Source: Eledone cirrhosa (taxonomy: Eukaryota). Taken from it: a stretch of DNA of 64,000 nt. Of the stretch, positions 26,050-40,534 are shown in pieces. The position numbers and the translations under genes were made by a program. The stretch is taken from NCBI GenBank assembly GCA_964016885.1, contig OZ024744.1, positions 58,156,001 through 58,220,000 on the forward strand, given 5' to 3'. The notes beneath the pieces were generated by a model. The model saw only the letters and a program-made list of their open reading frames with translations. It was not told the DNA's origin and searched no databases. Each line of letters opens with the position of its first letter. The stretch's first letter is position 1.

Positions 26050-26590
26050 CTCTTAAATTTGATTCAGCTATAAGAAACGAATTTGAAAAAGACCCTGTCT
26101 TTAAATACTCATCAAAGGTCAACTAATGAAATAAAACCAGGAGGAGGGGATGTTTACAACCACCTTCCCAAATGCCCTTATCTTGATGCCAACCTCACCA
26201 TTTTCTGAGTGTATGTGTGTGTGTGTGAGTGTGTGTGTGTATGTGCGTGTATATGTGTGTATGCTTTAATTCCTCCAAATCTTCATCAACACTCATTAAC
26301 ACCACACCCCAGACACATCCAAATCTCTCTTATATATAGTTACACATATCAACACAACCTGATCTCAGTTTGACAATCGCCACCGACGAATGCGAGAAAG
26401 TTCTCAAACAAAGTTAACCAGGAATCTTTAAAATTCTTCCCACCGAAGTTAACAAAGAACTTACTAGATCTACCAACTCATATTATAATATTATAAAATT
26501 AAGTCAAATTATTTAACACTACAAGTGAAGTCATTCTTTTCCTTATTTTCAAATATACCTAACTGTACCAAGGATCTCACACATTTTCCG

Positions 26591-26975
<385 letters not shown>

Positions 26976-27599
26976 CGCAGATGAGCACAGGAATTCTGGC
27001 TTTCACTTAATAATTCTTGCGAAACAGATTTTGGTCTGTTTGGGTATCAAAGCTGTTGCCCGATATAGGTTTGTTATTTTTATTGATTTATTACTTTAAA
27101 TTGAGTCAGGCAAACCATATTGTTTTAAATTAGTATTTTTTCAACTTAGCTAACTTGGTCACTTGCAATTGGAACACATGTATACTTAGATCTGTGTTCA
27201 TCCCTCTCATATATACAATTATATTACACGGCTCAGAAAGATTCCCTTCTTTGAGCTATTTAATTGTAAAAGACTATTTTGAGTTTATAACTTAATCTTT
27301 ATATATATATATATAAATGTGAATATATATATATATCATCATCATCATCATCATTTTATATCCGCTTTTCCCTGCTTGCAAGAGTTGGACGGGTCCTATT
27401 CAGCACAGCATCTCTCCACCCGTCACGGTCCTTCGTCATCTCCTCCGTGAGTTTCAGCGATCTGAGGTGCTCTCACCACCTCCGCCCATGTTTTTCGTGG
27501 TCTACTTCTACTGCGTCTTCCCTCCACTGAGACTTCCTGGCACTTCTTCACCCATCGATCTTCCTCTATGTATTAGGATTATATATATGTATATATGTA

Positions 27600-28017
27600 T
27601 TAAAGTAGTGACATAGTCACTACTTTAAAACTGATAGCGTATGGTCTTCTAAATGGTTTTAATTAAACATACGGTATATTGCCAAATATACTATACATAC
27701 ATTCATGTATACATCGCTATTTCAGAGCACCAATCATAATTCCTAATTTTTGCTGGACCGACAATCGTTCTGTATAATAGGCTCCTGATTATTACTGGAA
27801 TTCTATAAGAATCCAGTCTCTATAGTTTGCGGCTGAAGCAGGGGAGTGCGTGGTTCTGATGAACCCCAACCTGCGTGTAACAAACTATCAGCTTCTCTCC
27901 CTTCTTTCGCCGAAAAGAAGTAAGTGACATAGTCACTACTTTAAAACTGATAGTGTATGGTCTTCTAAATGTTTTTAATTAAACATACGGCATATTGCCA
28001 AATATACTATACATACA
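27600..28017. repeat. partial tandem repeat (~316-bp period, ~95-bp direct repeats)
   Basis: AGTGACATAGTCACTACTTTAAAACTG...ATACTATACATAC at 27607 and 27924. Confidence 0.8.
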
Positions 28018-28024
28018 CACATTA

Positions 28025-30265
28025 TATATATCCTCCGACACCATTCCTGGCTACCAGCAACTCGTGTCCTCCACCATCCATGAGCTCATCTCCTCCTCTC
28101 ACCTACCCCCTACAGCCACCAACCTTATTGTACGCACCCCTCGCACACCCACCATCTACTTCCACCCCAAAATACACAAACAAAATAATCCTGGCCGTCC
28201 TATCGTTTCTGCGTGCAACTGCGCTACCAAGATAATTTCAGAATATTTAGACACCATCTTCGCCCCGTTGGTCGGCAATCTCCCCTCCCACGTCCACGAT
28301 ACAAATCATGCCCTTAGACTCTTCAACTCTTTCTCCTTCCCTCCTGGACCCTCTCTCCTTCTCTTTACCCTGGACATCACCTCTCTCTATACCGTCATCC
28401 CTCATTATGACGGCCTCCGCGCTCTCCAACATTTTTTAGATTTACACCCTACCCCTTACCCCAGCAGTACCACTCTTCTCCGTCTGGCTGAACTTGTTCT
28501 CACCCTCAATGGATTTTCTTTTTCGGGTGAATTTTACCAGCAGGTCTCTGGGGTAGCGATGGGAACCAGAATGGGTCCAAACTATGCCAACTTGTTTGTT
28601 GACTACATCGAAGCCCAGATCTTCTCCCAGTACGCTGGACCGACTCCTGAGCTATACGGTCGTTATATCGACGACTGTATTGGCGCCACCCCTCTATCAC
28701 GAGAACAGCTCGACTGTTTTCTTTCTTTTATCCAATCTTTCCATCCTGCTCTCAATTTCACCGCCTCCGTCTCCAATTCTTCTGTCGCTTTTCTAGATAT
28801 CTCTCTATCTATTAATCACTCTCACCACACCCTCTCTACTTCCATCTTCATTACACCAACAGACTCCCAATCTTACCTCGACTTCACCTCCTCCCATCCA
28901 ACCCACACCAAACACTCATACCCTATTCCCAATTCCTCCGTCTTCGTCAACTCTGTAGCCAGGACGATGATGTCGAAACCCATTCTCTTCGCATGGCTTC
29001 CTGCTTCATCCAGCGTGGATATCCCCCCACCTTGATCCAAGCTGCTCTCACCCACGCCATCAAACAGACCGCACCACAGCCGTCTCACCTCACCCCCGCT
29101 CTCCCAACACCCGTGTTCCTTTCCCTCTCACCTACCACCCCATCAACCTACCACTCTGGCGACATGTCCTCCGTTCCTTCCGCATCTGTTCTTCTGACCC
29201 CGTCACTTCTTGCTTTTTTCCAAACCCACCCATACTGCTTTTAAGCGCGCCCGCAGCCTCCACGACCTCCTGGTTCGTAGTTCCTTTTCGTCTCCTATGA
29301 CTCCACCCGGCTCTCATCCTTGTTTCCGTTCCCGCTGCAACACTTGTCCCTTTATTTCCACCCTCACCACTCTAACAGGCCCTAACGCGTCTTTCCGTAT
29401 CCACCATTCCTTCACCTGCACATCCACCCACGTTGTCTATACCCTCGGGTGTTCCCTTTGCGGGTCTTTATATATCGAACAAATGGGACGCTGTATGGTG
29501 GATTGTTTTGCCGAACATTTGAGGGACATCAGACTCGGTTTGGAAATTCCTGTCGCCTGTCATTTCTGTTCTCGTGGTCAATCTTCACTACATGTCTAAG
29601 TCCTGGAACTCAGGCCTCGCGCACCAGGACTGAACAAAGTCTGATTCACCGCCTTGGGTCCTATTCCTCTCTTGGACTCAACTCACCTCCCCAATTTCTT
29701 TAATACCCCGTCCATTATCACACTCCTAGATTCCTATCGCTTTCTCTTGATCATTAGCAGCTACTCTTACAACTAATACATGCCGATACACACCCTTATA
29801 TTAACATACTTTTGCTCATAGCTTCGTACTTACATGCAGACACACTCTTTTACTCACATATACACACAAATTTCTTCTTAGCTTCGTACGGACCTATAAT
29901 AACACACACACACACACACGTGCTCAAGTATAGCTCTTTTTACAAAACGGTTTTTTTCTCCATTTCAGGTAGATGCGCTCCATCATCCAGTTTTCTAAAA
30001 AATAAATCATACACAAAATGCTAGCACCTACAGTTTTGCAAGAGATGTCAACATAAATGGACCTATTATTTTTATCTAAAGACATTTTTTCCAATTCCAT
30101 CCCGCCCGTCCCCTCAATCTATTTTATTTCTCGTTCTTTCTTCTGATGACGGACTAGCGTCCGAAACGTTAAGACCCTCTTCCTGCTATATCAAGCGTTA
30201 ATCTAATATATACCTTCCATATACTGTACCGATTGTGTTGTTATTTCTGTTTACCTTTTACATAC
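28025..30265 (+). mobile_element. Penelope-like element: 5'-truncated RT plus GIY-YIG endonuclease (frameshifted) and 3' pseudo-LTR
   Basis: PKIHK..PGRPIVS, LDITSLYT, GVAMGT, RYIDD, FLDI; CNTC..FTCTS..VVY..C..C..LYIEQ..EH..HF. Confidence 0.92.
30139..30174 (+). ncRNA. minimal hammerhead ribozyme in Penelope pLTR
   Basis: TCTT-CTGATGA-C-GGAC-TAGC-GTCC-GAAA-CG-TT-AAGA. Confidence 0.8.
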
Positions 30266-30268
30266 ATA

Positions 30269-30309
<41 letters not shown>

Positions 30310-30314
<5 letters not shown>

Positions 30315-30710
30315 TATGTATGTATACGTACATACATATATGTATACAGACGCACAGTAGTATGTATATATATATACATGCACATATATATATATATGCA
30401 CGTATCGGTTTACAAACAAACAGCCCGAATTACGCCGTACAGTGTCTAGGCAACCACGTCACCTTTTTGTTCAACACTGACACAGGAACGATGTACTAGT
30501 TTCAAGCTTATTAGCTATCATCAGAATCGTATACCTTCCTGCCAGATGGTTGAACGTCTGAAAGTATATACTTTCCTTATGCATATTAACGGCTGAGCAG
30601 CCTAATTTGCATATCGAGTGAGTTTAGTCGGCCAGGCGCACCGAAAACGATATATGGAATAGAATGAAACGAAATTTCATTTCTCACTCTTAGTACGGCA
30701 GTTACTTTAA
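30310..30710 (-). mobile_element. ~430-bp family hammerhead repeat monomer; ribozyme at 30488-30530
   Basis: minus strand ACGATT-CTGATGA-TAGCT-AATA-AGCTT-GAAA-CTAG-TA-CATCGT. Confidence 0.8.
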
Positions 30711-30960
30711 AGTAAGATATAATACCCACAAACAGTTTTTTAAATGCCGCATTAGCTAATACAACATCCTTGGCTGAAACAATTAAAAATTATAGAAAAA
30801 AGAATATCGATTACAACCTGACCTGGAGTGTGCTCAAAAGGGCCACCCCTTATCAAAATAACAGATATGAGTGTAGATTATGCTCCCAGGAACTTTTTGA
30901 AATAATGAAATCTAAGGATATCCTATTAAATAAGCGACAAGAATTAATTATATCTTAGAA
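30706..30960 (+). mobile_element. Penelope-like GIY-YIG C-terminal fragment
   Basis: FKVRYNTH...LTWSVLKRATPY..CRLC..E...LLNKRQE. Confidence 0.7.
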
Positions 30961-32007
30961 GAACTTTCAAATATTATAAACCTAATTAATATACACCTTA
31001 CACTTATATTTTACATATTATAATTAGTTTTTTTAATTTAGTTAACCTATAATTAGTACTTTACTACACAGAACTTCATAATTTTATTTCCCTCTTACAG
31101 CTCCCTTTTCCTAAATTTAATACCTAAAACTATACATATAAATTAATTTAATTTCCTGTTATGAATTTAGATTCCTTGTAGTCTATATAAGATTGGTATT
31201 TCTCACTACTACACTTATCCCAAAATTTTATTTTCCCTCGTTTTTAACAACATTCTTTAATAACATCTAATTCTTATTTATCACATCCATATGAATTAAT
31301 ATAAATTTATCCCTATCAATTAATTAAATTTTTTGTTATAGATCTAAATTTCTTGTGTTTTAAATAAGATTGGTATTTCTCACTAATACCTTTACCCTAA
31401 AATGTTACTCTCCTTCGTTTTTAACATTATTCTTTAATAACATCAGATGTTCGTGTACCCTTCACCGGCTTGACCTCTTTTCATCCCCAAAGTATTCTTT
31501 TCATTCAAAGTATTCTTTCCATTCAAAACATAAGTCTGCATTCCTCTACCCCTAAATTAAATTTCTACTACTACTATTCTATCAACTTGACCTTCTAACT
31601 ACTTTTCTATTGGTCAATTCAAAACCTGTTCCCAAACAGACCTATTATATTAAATCTTTGTTGGGTTTTTTTCAATAAACAAATCTCATTATTTCTGAAG
31701 ACAGCATATATATGTGAAGGTATGTATATTTCCTCTGATAGTTTGTAATATTTTTGCAAAGATCTATATGATATACATACCAACACACATATATATCCTA
31801 GAAACGATCGTAAAAGGATGAATTTTTTAATATAAGGAACTTTTTCTTTGTTTTTATTCATTGTTTTTATTAACTTATCTTAACTCTGTTTTCCTGTGAT
31901 TTTCATCGAAAACTTTTGAATGCATCTTCTCTTTTCATGATATTTGGACTACATTGAGTTCTTCATACGGATTGGACACTACTGTATATTTTGGTAGATT
32001 TATCTAC

Positions 32008-32080
<73 letters not shown>

Positions 32081-32641
32081 ACCCTTGCAAGCAGGGAAAA
32101 GCGGACGTAAAATGATGATGATGTGGATGATGATGATGATGATATATATATAAAATTGCAAGTTTGAAGAATTATTAGATAAAATATATCCAATCTTTCT
32201 TCACCTTAGTTCGTAGAAATCAACTAGATAAATAATCATTTAAACGTTGCTATAAGTTTAAAATGTAACTTTGAAGAAATAATAGACAAATGAAAAGCAG
32301 GGCATGCAGTCCAATCATCATGGCGGAAAGTGTGACTGTGCAGCCTTACCCCCACCAACCCCCCAATTCCATCAAAATTACCCTCCCGGTCAAAGCCGCA
32401 TGTAGTGTTATCTAGTGTGTGTTATCTTTTTATGTGTCTACGATTTAGTAAGCAGTCAAAATTCTGCTTGCCCCAAAGCTGTCGTGTGTTTGTGTGTGTA
32501 TCTTTTTTTGTGTCTATACGTTTTAGTAAGCAGCCTAAATTCTGCTTGCTTCAACCAACGCAATTGATCAACTCTAGATTCTATAACACATACACTGCAT
32601 ACGTTGCATGCACGGAACCCTTCGCCCCTGGTATGTATATT

Positions 32642-32672
<31 letters not shown>

Positions 32673-32750
32673 GTATATATATATATGTATATATATATAT
32701 TTGTATGTATATATGTATATATATATATGTATATATATGTATGTATATAT

Positions 32751-33035
32751 CAGTGGCGAAGGGTAACCTGGAAAGCAGGGCATGCAGTCCAATCGCCATG
32801 ACGGAAAGTGGGGCTGTGCAGCCTTACCCACCCCCTCCCCAATTACCTCTAAATGACCCTCCCGGTCAAAGCCGCATGTAGTGTTATCTAATGTGTGTGT
32901 GTGTGTTATCTTTTTATTTGTCTACGATTTAGTAAGCAGCCAAAATTCTGCTTGCTTCAACTGACGCAATTGATCAACTCAAGATTCTATAAATCATGCA
33001 CTGTATGCGTTGCATGCACGGACCCTTCGCCCCTG
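32751..33035. mobile_element. hAT-like MITE (partial copy at 32292-32630)
   Basis: 14-bp TIRs CAGTGGCGAAGGGT/ACCCTTCGCCCCTG; 8-bp TSD GTATATAT (low complexity). Confidence 0.75.
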
Positions 33036-33067
33036 GTATATATATATATATATGTATGTATATATAT

Positions 33068-33185
33068 CAGACAGTCCTATGCGAGCAAGACAATCACTCT
33101 TGCCTCAAGTGGGAAAACCCCCGTCCAAACCCATGCAAGCGTGGAACACGGACGTTAAACGTTGATGATGATGATGAGGATGATG
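33068..33185 (+). mobile_element. extreme 3' end of the PHD-RTE family
   Basis: near-identical to 24363-24478. Confidence 0.85.
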
Positions 33186-33189
33186 TATG

Positions 33190-33241
<52 letters not shown>

Positions 33242-33789
33242 ACCAGCTTTCAACCCCAACATCTACAACAACAACACCGGCACCAATGTCGACTGTAACA
33301 ACAGCATCAGAATGAAATGAACAACTGCAGCATCAAACGATAAAAAAAAAAACAACTGCCACCATCATCCACCACAATCAACAGCGATCGGGCCTTAAGA
33401 AAACAACAACTATAATAATAATAATTTCTCTGCTTTTGGCACGGGGCCAGCGATTGTTCCAGCACATTACTGGTGCTCTGTTTTATCGACTCCGTGGGAA
33501 TGAAAGGTTAGGTTGACCTCAGCGGGATTTGAGCTAGGAACACAGAGGGCCATAGCTCTATGCTGTAAAGCAATTATTATAATAATACTGAACAGTAACA
33601 CAAACTCTTTCGAAAGTCAACAGTTGACATAATCTTGTATCAGTAATGACAGTAATATATATATGTGTGTGTGTAAGTGAGTGGCGTGTGTGTGCATGAG
33701 TGTTGGTGTGTGTGAGTGTGTGTGTCTGTCGTGCGTATGAGTGTCAATAAGTGAGTTTTTTTTTGTTTTTTTTTTTTGGTTGTTTTTTT

Positions 33790-34115
33790 TCATGCGTGGG
33801 GACATAGAAATAATCGGGCTGGATACCTGATCGTGCAGTTAAACCACTGGGAGTGACGGATCCCTAGCCCTTGTCAGAGCATTCTTCTAGGAGAAGGCAT
33901 CTCAGGAAACTGGGATAACTCCGATATAAAACCTGCGGCTCAGTAGTTACCGATGATGTTGATCTTTTCTTCTTTTCGGGTTATAGTTACTGTCGCTCAG
34001 AGAGTGGGATTGGCTCAGTGCACAGTCTTTCCTCACTTTAAAAATATTCTTCACACACAGGCATTGCACGATTGCATTAATTAATAATTATCAATAGTGT
34101 TATTATTATTATTAC
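33790..34115 (+). mobile_element. RTE 5' UTR fragment
   Basis: near-identical to reverse complement of 63770-64000. Confidence 0.75.
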
Positions 34116-34435
34116 TTTTTTTTTCCATTTCATCTCGACACCTTGCTATTCAGGATCCCGGATGAGCCCACAGCAAGGCACGAGGGAAACCTAAGGGCAG
34201 CAGCAACGAACTCCCTCCTACACCAGTGGCCAACCAATACTGGCTGGAGATAGAATGTGTAGCAACAAGGGCGGTGCCCCAGCATGGCCTCATATATATA
34301 CATATATATACATACATATATATATATATACATATATACATATTTATACATATATACATATATATACATATATATATATATATACATACATATATACATA
34401 TATACATATATATACATATATACATATATATATAT

Positions 34436-34679
34436 AAGTATGTATACGTACATACATATATGTATACAGACGTACAGTAGTATGTATATATATGTACATA
34501 CATGCACACACATATATATGTACGTATGGATTCACCGAACATTTATTATAATGCTCGGTGTGTTAGTAAACAAACATCCCGTATTAAGCCGTAGTGTTGC
34601 TCGTTTGTTCAACACTGACAAAGGAACGCTGTACTAGTTTCAAGCTTATTAGCTATCGTCAGCATCGTATACCTTTCTG

Positions 34680-34682
<3 letters not shown>
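34436..34682 (-). mobile_element. partial ~430-bp hammerhead repeat; ribozyme at 34626-34668
   Basis: minus strand CTGACGA-stem II-GAAA-CTAG-TA. Confidence 0.75.
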
Positions 34683-34746
<64 letters not shown>

Positions 34747-34804
34747 TACCTTTCTGTCATATATATATATGTATACATATATATATATATATATATATGT
34801 ATAC

Positions 34805-34904
<100 letters not shown>

Positions 34905-34935
34905 ATATATATATGTATATATATACTTATATATG

Positions 34936-35000
<65 letters not shown>

Positions 35001-35203
35001 GTATATATATACTTATATATGTATATATATATGTATATATATGTATATATATGTATATATATACTTATATATGTATATATATATGTATATATATGTATAA
35101 ATATATATATATATATGTATAAATATATATATATATATGTATAAATATACTTATATATGTATATATATATGTATATATATGTATAAATATATATATATAT
35201 ATG

Positions 35204-35314
<111 letters not shown>

Positions 35315-35850
35315 CGTAAAATAAGAAAATCTTTTTTAAAAAAATTTTTTTTTAAATTTTTACTTACTTAAATTTTCACTCCAACTAATTAGTTTCTGCA
35401 ATGGGATAAAGACAGTTACGTAATCTAACTGTCGAGAATTCATTGCGTCATCGGGGAGTCTATTCTCAGCTAAGTCTCCAGGCAATGCGCGGACACTGGC
35501 GGCTCATATAAAAATAATAATAATTCGGTAGATGGAACAGCTAGCGAGGACTAAATTCCATGCACTGAAATCCTCACTGCCTCTAGTCAAATAGCCGATT
35601 CCAAAGAATCAATCACGTGACACAGAGGCTAGTCAGAAGGAATGGGATGGTAAGATGACAGACGCCTACTAACAACCCCAAAAAAAAAATTTTTTTTAGA
35701 AGTGGTTTTGGCAGGTTTGCTCGACAAATCAGTGATTTGGAGATAAATATAGATAATTTAATATATCAACTAACATAAGCGCACAGATGCACGCCTTTTT
35801 ATATGAGCCGCCAGTGTCCGCGCATTGCCTGGAGACTTAGCTGAGAATAG

Positions 35851-35932
35851 ACTCCCTGATGACGCAATGAATTCTCGACAGTTAGATTACGTAACTGTCT
35901 TTATCCCATTGCAGAAACTAATTAGTTGGAGT
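35851..35932 (+). ncRNA. type I hammerhead ribozyme
   Basis: ACTCC-CTGATGA-C-GCAATG..CATTGC-A-GAAA-CTAATTAG-TT-GGAGT. Confidence 0.85.
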
Positions 35933-36411
35933 GAAAATTTAAGTAAGTAAAAATTAAAAAAAAAATTTTTTTTTAAAAGATTTTCTTATTTTACGTCTTT
36001 TATATTATTGTTCTGCATCCTCCTGCATTGAACCACCTAGGTACTATGACATAACCTGTGTATTTGCTGGCATAGGCGTGCATCTGTGCGCTTATGTTAG
36101 TTGATATATTAAATTATCTATATTTATCTCCAAATCACTGATTTGTCGAGCAAACCTGCCAAAACCACTTCTAAAAAAAAATTGGGGGGGGGGGGGTGTT
36201 AGTAGGCGTCTGTCTTCTTACCATCCCATTCCTTCTGACTAGCCTCTGTGTCACGTGATTGATTCTTTAGAATCGGCCATTTGACTAGAGGCAGTGAGGA
36301 TTTCAGTGCATGGAATTTAGTCCTCGCTAGCTGTTCCATCTACCGAATTATTATTATTTTTATATGAGCCGCCAGTGTCCGCGCATTGCCTGGAGACTTA
36401 GCTGAGAATAG

Positions 36412-36493
36412 ACTCCCTGATGACGCAATGAATTCTCGACAGTTAGATTACGTAACTGTCTTTATCCCATTGCAGAAACTAATTAGTTGGAGT
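36412..36493 (+). ncRNA. type I hammerhead ribozyme (tandem copy)
   Basis: identical to 35851-35932. Confidence 0.85.
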
Positions 36494-36721
36494 GAAAATT
36501 TAAGTAAGTAAGTAAAAATTAAAAAAAAAAATTTTTTTTTAAAGATTTTCTTATTTTACGTCTTTTATATTATTGTTCTGCATCCTCCTGCATTGAACCA
36601 CCTAGGTACTATGACATAACCTGTGTATTTGCTGGCATAGGCGTGCATCTGTGCGCTTATGTTAGTTGATATATTAAATTATCTATATATATATATATGT
36701 ATATATATATATGAATATATA

Positions 36722-37218
36722 TGTACAGCCACCGGAAATAACATCTGTGAAATATACAGCGCCATCTACCTGTTAGCTAGCTACCTCACAGTGAAACAAA
36801 CAGCCCTTAAAACTTCCAGAATAAACGCCTACACATCGACTAAACATCAAACGATTATTTCTGTATAAATAGAGTGGTTCCCAACACTTCGCCAGTCGAC
36901 TTTTGGCAGAGTCAGCTAGCGTATCGTTGTTCCTTTACTCTGCAACGCTTTGTCACTCACACACGCCTTGTACCTCGTATCGTCGCTTCATGTGAAAATA
37001 AATAGATGATCGAATTTACATCTCGCCTTGCTTCGTCCTTTCAACTTGTGCTTTCGTCTGTCCATCCTCAACAGTTCTTTTAAGGGCTATATGCGACAAC
37101 AGTCCTTTTAATGGCTATCTTCAGATCTGATCAGACCGTATGCGATAACAGTCCTTCTAAGGACTATTCTCGGATCTGATCGGAAGTAGTGACCAGACTG
37201 ACTAACCACGTCGCTACA
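36722..37218. mobile_element. putative solo LTR
   Basis: TGTA...TACA termini, TATAAAT (~36864) then AATAAA (~36997), flanked by TA repeats. Confidence 0.5.
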
Positions 37219-37240
37219 TATATATGTATATATATCTATG

Positions 37241-37299
<59 letters not shown>

Positions 37300-37504
37300 G
37301 CAGTGGCGTAGCTAGCGTAAACGGCGCCCAGTTGAAAATTGCAAACTTGACTGTCACCACAGAATATGAACCTGAAGATTGCGAAAGCATGAAAGTACTT
37401 TTTCAATTAAGTCCTAACATATAATATTCTACCATACTATTTCATTCTAATACCATTATAAATTTTAAAGGATTGTAAATAAAACGAGTAAATCAGACAA
37501 AGTT

Positions 37505-37555
<51 letters not shown>

Positions 37556-37562
<7 letters not shown>

Positions 37563-38415
37563 ATACTTGGGGAGGGTCATATTTGTGTAATATTGCCAGA
37601 ATTAATAACAGAACACACTCACTGTTTGGTTGGCTTTAGCTTTTCGCTTCTGTGTCTTTTATATCGGTAATCTAATTTATTCGGTCCTCAATGTTGCCAT
37701 TGACTGACCAACGGTCAAAAATAAAATAATACAGATACAATATAGACACAAACACATATATATAGTTTATCAAAGTTCTTTCGTTGCACATCTGTAACAT
37801 CGTCAGTGGTGCTATTGTTTCCTCCCGTTACATTGTATGTCTACGCCATCTTTATTTAGTCTGTTTATATATTTATTTATTTATTTATTTTATTTTGTCT
37901 TCTTTGCGAATGCGTTTGCGTGTGTGTATAGTGTTATGTTTGATGTGTGTTCGTGATTGGGTGACTGTGTATTGGTTAATGTATTCTATCTTTACTAATG
38001 TGTGTTTAGATGTGTTTGTTGTTATTGTGCTTGTGTATGTATTTATTTATTTATCTATTTATTTATGTATTTATACTTCTCTTAGGTCAGTGTTGTTTGT
38101 TTGGGTGTTGTTATTCCATTCATTCTTTCTGTTTAGTCTTGGCCTTCTAAGTTCTATTTCACTGGCCTCTCTGATTTGCCTATCTGCTGGGTCATTTCTA
38201 TGTTTAGATATTATTCTAATTTCTATGTTGTCTATATTACCGTCGTGTTGTTGTCTGGCATGTTCGTATAGTACTGAACCGTTTTTTCGTCCTCCAGTGT
38301 TGGTCTATCCTTTCACCTATGCTACGAGCTGTCTCGCCTATGTATGTTGTTGTAATGTTTCTGCAAGTACCCTCTGTACATCTTATGCTATAGACTACGT
38401 TTCTAGTTTTACAGT
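37556..38415 (-). mobile_element. Penelope-like 3' fragment (GIY-YIG plus pLTR; hammerhead at 37769-37810)
   Basis: CKTRNVVYSIRC..YIGETARSIGERIDQH; CTGACGA..GAAA-GAAC-TT. Confidence 0.8.
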
Positions 38416-38425
38416 TTATATATAT

Positions 38426-40337
38426 ATAAGTATGTATACGTACATACATATATGTATACAGACCTACAGTAGTATGTATATATATATACATACATGCACA
38501 CACATATATATGTACGTTTGGATTCACCGAACATTTATTATAATGCTCGGTGTGATTGTAAACAAACATCCCGAATTAAGCCGTACAGTGTCTGGCAACG
38601 ATCGTTGCTCATTTGTTCAACACTGACAAAGGAACGCTGTACTAGTTTCAAGCTTATTAGCTATCCTCAGCAACGTATACCTTCTTGCCAGATGGTTGAA
38701 CGTCTGAAATTATATACTTTCCTTATGCATATTAACGGCTGAGCAGCCTAATTTGTATATCGAGTGAGTTAATCGGCCGGGGTACCGAAAACGATAACCG
38801 GACAAAATGAAACGAAATTTAATTTCTCACTCTTTGTACGGCTGTTACTTAAATATAAGTATGTATACGTACATGGTGGATGCCAACTCGTTTTCAAGTA
38901 CGGCCACTACTTTATATCCATGTAGGAGAACCCCTACCGATGCGCTGAACAAGTGTGACTTTTTAGTCCAGCCAGCGACTTGAAAACTCTGGTACAAACA
39001 CTACACTTGTGACAATTATTGACACATAGTGCTGGGCCCATGGTACCATTTGACGACAAGTGCAGAGAGATCTCCAGATACAAAGCAATGCCTGTGCCAT
39101 GAAGCTTTTATAGTGAGCAAAGGCACTGCACAAAGCCAGTCCCACTATCTTAACCAAGATGATATTTTCCAAAAAGAAGAACAAGTCAACATCATTGGAT
39201 ACCATCAGGGTTGCAGGTGTTATATCAGAGTTTTCCTTCTCCTAGAATTCTGCCTTGACAAAGGCTAAGGGGTCACCTCCCCTGGTGATTTTGGATGGCC
39301 ATTGACTCTTAAGAGCTCCTTTGCCCTTTGACAGGTTTGTTTTTAGTCCTGCAGGATGTCCAAAGTCACCCTCCTCGCCAAGAAACCTTGGGCGATTTGA
39401 CAGTTTAGGTGCCAACGACCATCAGACAGGTTGTACTGGCATACATGTTACCAGTAGCACCAACTGGTGACGTGACATGTATACGTACATACATATATGT
39501 ATACAGATGTACACTAGTATGTATATATATATATACAAACATGCACACACATATATATGTACGTATGGATTCACCGAACATTTATTAATATGCTCGGTGT
39601 GTTTGTAAACAAACATCCCGAATTAAGCCGTACAGTGTCTAGCAACCATCGTTGCTCATTTGTTCAACACTGACAAAGGAACGCTGTACTAGTTTCAAGC
39701 TTATAACTATCGTCAGCAACGTATACCTTCCTGCCAGATGGTTGAACGTCTGAAAGTATATACTTTCCTTATGCATATTAACGGCTGAGCAGCCTAATTT
39801 GCATATCGAATGAGTTAATCGGCCGGGGTACCGAAAACGATAAACGAAAAAAAATGAAACGAAATTTCATTTCTCACTCTTAGTGCGGCTGTTACTTAAA
39901 TATAAGTATGTATACGTACATACATATATGTATACAGATGTACAGTAGTATGTATATATATATATATACAAAGATGCACACATATATATATGTACGTATG
40001 GATTCACCGAACATTTATTATAATGCTTGGTGTGTTTGTAAACAAACATCCCGAATTAAGCCGTAGTGTCTAGCAACCATCGTCTGTATACATATATGTA
40101 TCATTAACTCACATTTAAGACACTGTACGGCTTAATTCGGGATGTTTGTTTACAAACACACCGAGCATTATAATAAATGTTCGGTGAATCCATACGTACA
40201 TATATATGTGTGTGCATGTATGTATATATATATACATACTACTGTACGTCTGTATACATATATGTATGTATACATACTTATATTTAAGTAACAGCCGTAC
40301 TAAGAGTGAGAAATGAAATTTCGTTTCATTTTTTCCG
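38426..40337 (-). mobile_element. tandem array (~2.4 units plus an inverted partial) of the ~430-bp hammerhead repeat; ribozymes at 38634-38676 and 39681-39722
   Basis: periods 429 and 431 bp once the 616-bp insertion is removed; cores CTGAGGA and CTGACGA. Confidence 0.85.
38875..39476 (-). mobile_element. bipartite non-autonomous RTE (5' UTR plus zinc finger/3' end), 14-bp TSD
   Basis: TSD ATGTATACGTACAT at 38861 and 39477; homology to the RTE 5' UTR at 63780-64000. Confidence 0.8.
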
Positions 40338-40454
40338 TACATATATATACATATATACATATACATACATATATATACATACTTATATATACATACATAT
40401 ACACATATATATACATGCATATACACATATATATACATGCATATACATACATAT

Positions 40455-40527
<73 letters not shown>

Positions 40528-40534
<7 letters not shown>

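Noticed and set aside
27820-27920. CTGAAGC/CTGATGA motifs suggesting a hammerhead
   Set aside because: No correctly placed GAAA-stem III-UH-stem I could be assembled
37784-38626. 280-aa hydrophobic ORF resembling a membrane protein
   Set aside because: Antisense to an A-rich Penelope 3' region plus repeat sequence; compositional artefact
39029-39268. Recurrent 79-80 aa ORFs (MLGPWY.../MVSNDV...)
   Set aside because: Incidental frames of the bipartite RTE repeat; no domain signal
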